From an uncultured Roseovarius sp. (GTDB taxonomy: Bacteria; Pseudomonadota; Alphaproteobacteria; Rhodobacterales; Rhodobacteraceae), in contig CANMFU010000004.1 in NCBI GenBank assembly GCA_947497295.1, positions 25,916 through 89,915 of the forward strand: a DNA stretch of 64,000 bases. The letters run 5' to 3'. The notes beneath the pieces are model-generated. The model searched no databases. It had not been told where the DNA came from and saw only the letters and a program-made list of their open reading frames with translations. Positions 62,290-64,000 of the stretch are shown here, in pieces (the first letter of the stretch is position 1; every line of letters begins with the position of its first letter). Both the position numbers and the translations under genes were made by a program.

Positions 62290-62968
62290 CAGGATGTCGA
62301 ACGCGCCCAACTCTCAGGACCGGTCTGCAACCTTTTTTAACGGGGCGTAGCTATTGGCGCTTGGCCGAGAAACCGGGGCAACGCGTCGAAGGCCCGCCAG
62401 GTCATGGGCATGTTGCACGGTGCGCCCTATCGCTGCGAGTTGGCGGTGTCGAGGACGGCGATGGCGAGGCGATGTCTGAACACGCAAGGCCCAAGTCCAA
62501 TCTGGCGGACCGGGTGAATGATCGCGTACTGATGTTCAATGCAGCACATAACTTTGCGCTGCTGCGAATTCCGACAGCTCGGGGCGCGAAATCGTGCGGT
62601 CGGGTCGCCGAGGGTGACTTTCGGCTCTTTTCTGACACTCAATAACATCGCCCGGTACCAAGACGCTCCCTATACAAGCGGTATCTGTGAGCGGCTCCAC
62701 AAGAGCGTCCCGCAGGAGATTTATCAAGTCGCGTTCCGAAAGAAGCTTTACGACAGTAAAATTGCGCTGCGGGTCGATCTGGACAACTGGCTACGTCACT
62801 AAAAATACGCGCACACCCATCCGGGCCAACTGTGTTGCGGCAGAACGCCCATCGAAACTATCGTAGACAGCACGGAACCATGGCGTGAAAAGCGCGCCAA
62901 AGGAACGTTGACTGACAGACGCCGCGGGAAACGCGGCCACCTGTCAGATTGCGTCTGGCCCATTATGA
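62290..62968 (+). mobile_element. IS481-family transposase remnant
   Basis: NDRVL...LLRIPTARG..SCGRV, GICERLHKSV.QEIYQVAFRKKLYDS and G.LCCGRTP.ET, with frameshifts and stops. Confidence 0.85.
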
Positions 62969-63127
62969 AAGATGCATGGAGTAGCAACGAATTTATGCAA
63001 TTCGCATAACTCTTAACCACAGATTTTCCATCGCAAAACCGGCAGGTTTTCATCTGCCACACATCCTTCGATGGTCACTTGGACATTCTGTGCACAACGG
63101 GCAGATCCTTCGGGCCCGACACGCAGA

Positions 63128-63865
63128 TTACATCTTGCGGAGCAGGTAGGTGTCCATAATCCAGCCATGTTCGGCACGGGCAGCCCGGCGGATGGCATCT
63201 ATACGGTCAGCAGCATCCGCGAGGGGCCCGTGACACAGTACCTGTTCGGCCATCCCCAGAAATGCCCCCCACCAGATACTGATATCTTCGGGGTCCAATT
63301 TTCGGAAGCTGCATTCGCCGTCCAGCATGACCACGACCGTCTCGGCGCCCGTGGGCCAGCCGTGATCGCGCAGGCGCCGACCGGTGGTGATCTGCACCGG
63401 GCCATTTACGGTGTTCACAGGAATGGCATGGGCCGCCGTCAGGGCCTGAATCGCGGTGATCCCAGGCACGACGCGGATCTTTGGCGTCACAGGCAGACGC
63501 GCAGCAATACGCATGGTGCTGTCATAGAGCGATGGATCGCCCCATACCATCAACGCAACAGGGCCGGGCGCGTCGGCACTGCCCAAGGCTGCCTGCCACC
63601 GCTCGGCAATCTGGTCATGCCATGCGGCGACCCGCGCGACATAGGGCAGGCCCGGATCGCGCACCGGATAATCAAAGAGAACGACGCGCGCCGCCGTGCC
63701 GCTGGCGGCAATGATGCGATGTCGTAATTCGGCCAGATCGTCTTTGCCCGCGCCCTTTTGCGGCACAAGGATAGTTGCCGCATCGCGCAGCGCCTGCATC
63801 CCCTCGCCCGTCACATGGCCGGGGCTGCCTGTGCCGATCCCGATCAGCCACAGATCCTGAATCAC
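63128..63865 (-). CDS. cobF: Precorrin-6A synthase (deacetylating)
   Basis: LIGIGTGSP, VWGDPSLYDST, VPGITAIQAL, ITTGRRL, WWGAFLG and GWIMDTYLLR. Confidence 0.95.
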   Translation of the reverse strand: MIQDLWLIGIGTGSPGHVTGEGMQALRDAATILVPQKGAGKDDLAELRHRIIAASGTAARVVLFDYPVRDPGLPYVARVAAWHDQIAERWQAALGSADAPGPVALMVWGDPSLYDSTMRIAARLPVTPKIRVVPGITAIQALTAAHAIPVNTVNGPVQITTGRRLRDHGWPTGAETVVVMLDGECSFRKLDPEDISIWWGAFLGMAEQVLCHGPLADAADRIDAIRRAARAEHGWIMDTYLLRKM

Positions 63866-63922
63866 AGCGTCATCCCGCGAGGTTCCGGGCCCGTCGCCGG
63901 GCCCGGCGATACCGGCCTGCAC

Positions 63923-64000
63923 TCAGCCTGCGCTATACAGACGATGCGTGAACAGACCGCGAACACCGCCGCCGCGCAGCGCCTTGGCGCCTGCCAGAAC
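63923..64000 (-). CDS. 3' end of a CbiM-like ECF transporter permease (partial)
   Basis: VLAGAKALRGGGVRGLFTHRLYSAG* resembles, by recall, the C-terminus of the CbiM-like permease found before cobF in Roseobacters. Only 25 codons are visible. Confidence 0.5.
   Translation of the reverse strand, partial: VLAGAKALRGGGVRGLFTHRLYSAG

Noticed and set aside
62130-62320. CTGGAGA and ACTCTCAGG words resembling a glycine riboswitch
   Set aside because: The CCGAAG core and the pairing are missing, and ACTCTCAGG falls inside the degenerate IS481 coding sequence.
61900-64000. Cobalamin riboswitch near cobF
   Set aside because: No B12-box was seen. The 5' end of the cob operon lies outside the window.

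Overview
Chromosomal window from an alphaproteobacterium of the Roseobacter/Rhodobacteraceae type, inferred from gene content and gene order. About 1-40.9 kb is mostly core genome: an ActP-like sodium:solute symporter locus, glnB-glnA, purB, fliG, acnA, ccmABCDG, a fused secDF with yajC, petABC, mtaB, dapF, and three tRNAs (Leu-TAG, Arg-CCT, Lys-TTT). A small decayed islet sits at the 3' end of tRNA-Leu, and an ADH / GbuA-like ureohydrolase / ABC transporter block sits next to tRNA-Arg. From tRNA-Lys (40.9 kb) to about 63 kb is a plasticity zone. It holds an intact NAD-dependent formate dehydrogenase operon (LysR-fdsGBACD), an SDR and a TAXI-TRAP / USP / class-III aminotransferase / CMD-family operon. 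These are mixed with dead IS3, IS5 and IS481 elements, recombinase relics and a decayed P1B-ATPase. The window ends in a cobalamin cluster (cobF and a partial CbiM-like permease). The best candidate for a poorly described system is at 1-4.7 kb: symporter, then a cNMP-CBS-DUF294 nucleotidyltransferase, an unknown membrane protein, and a TM-HAMP-PAS sensor whose output domain is a DEDDh nuclease fold. This layout looks like a nucleotidylation writer/eraser signalling module. All family assignments come from motif recognition by eye; no database searches were run.
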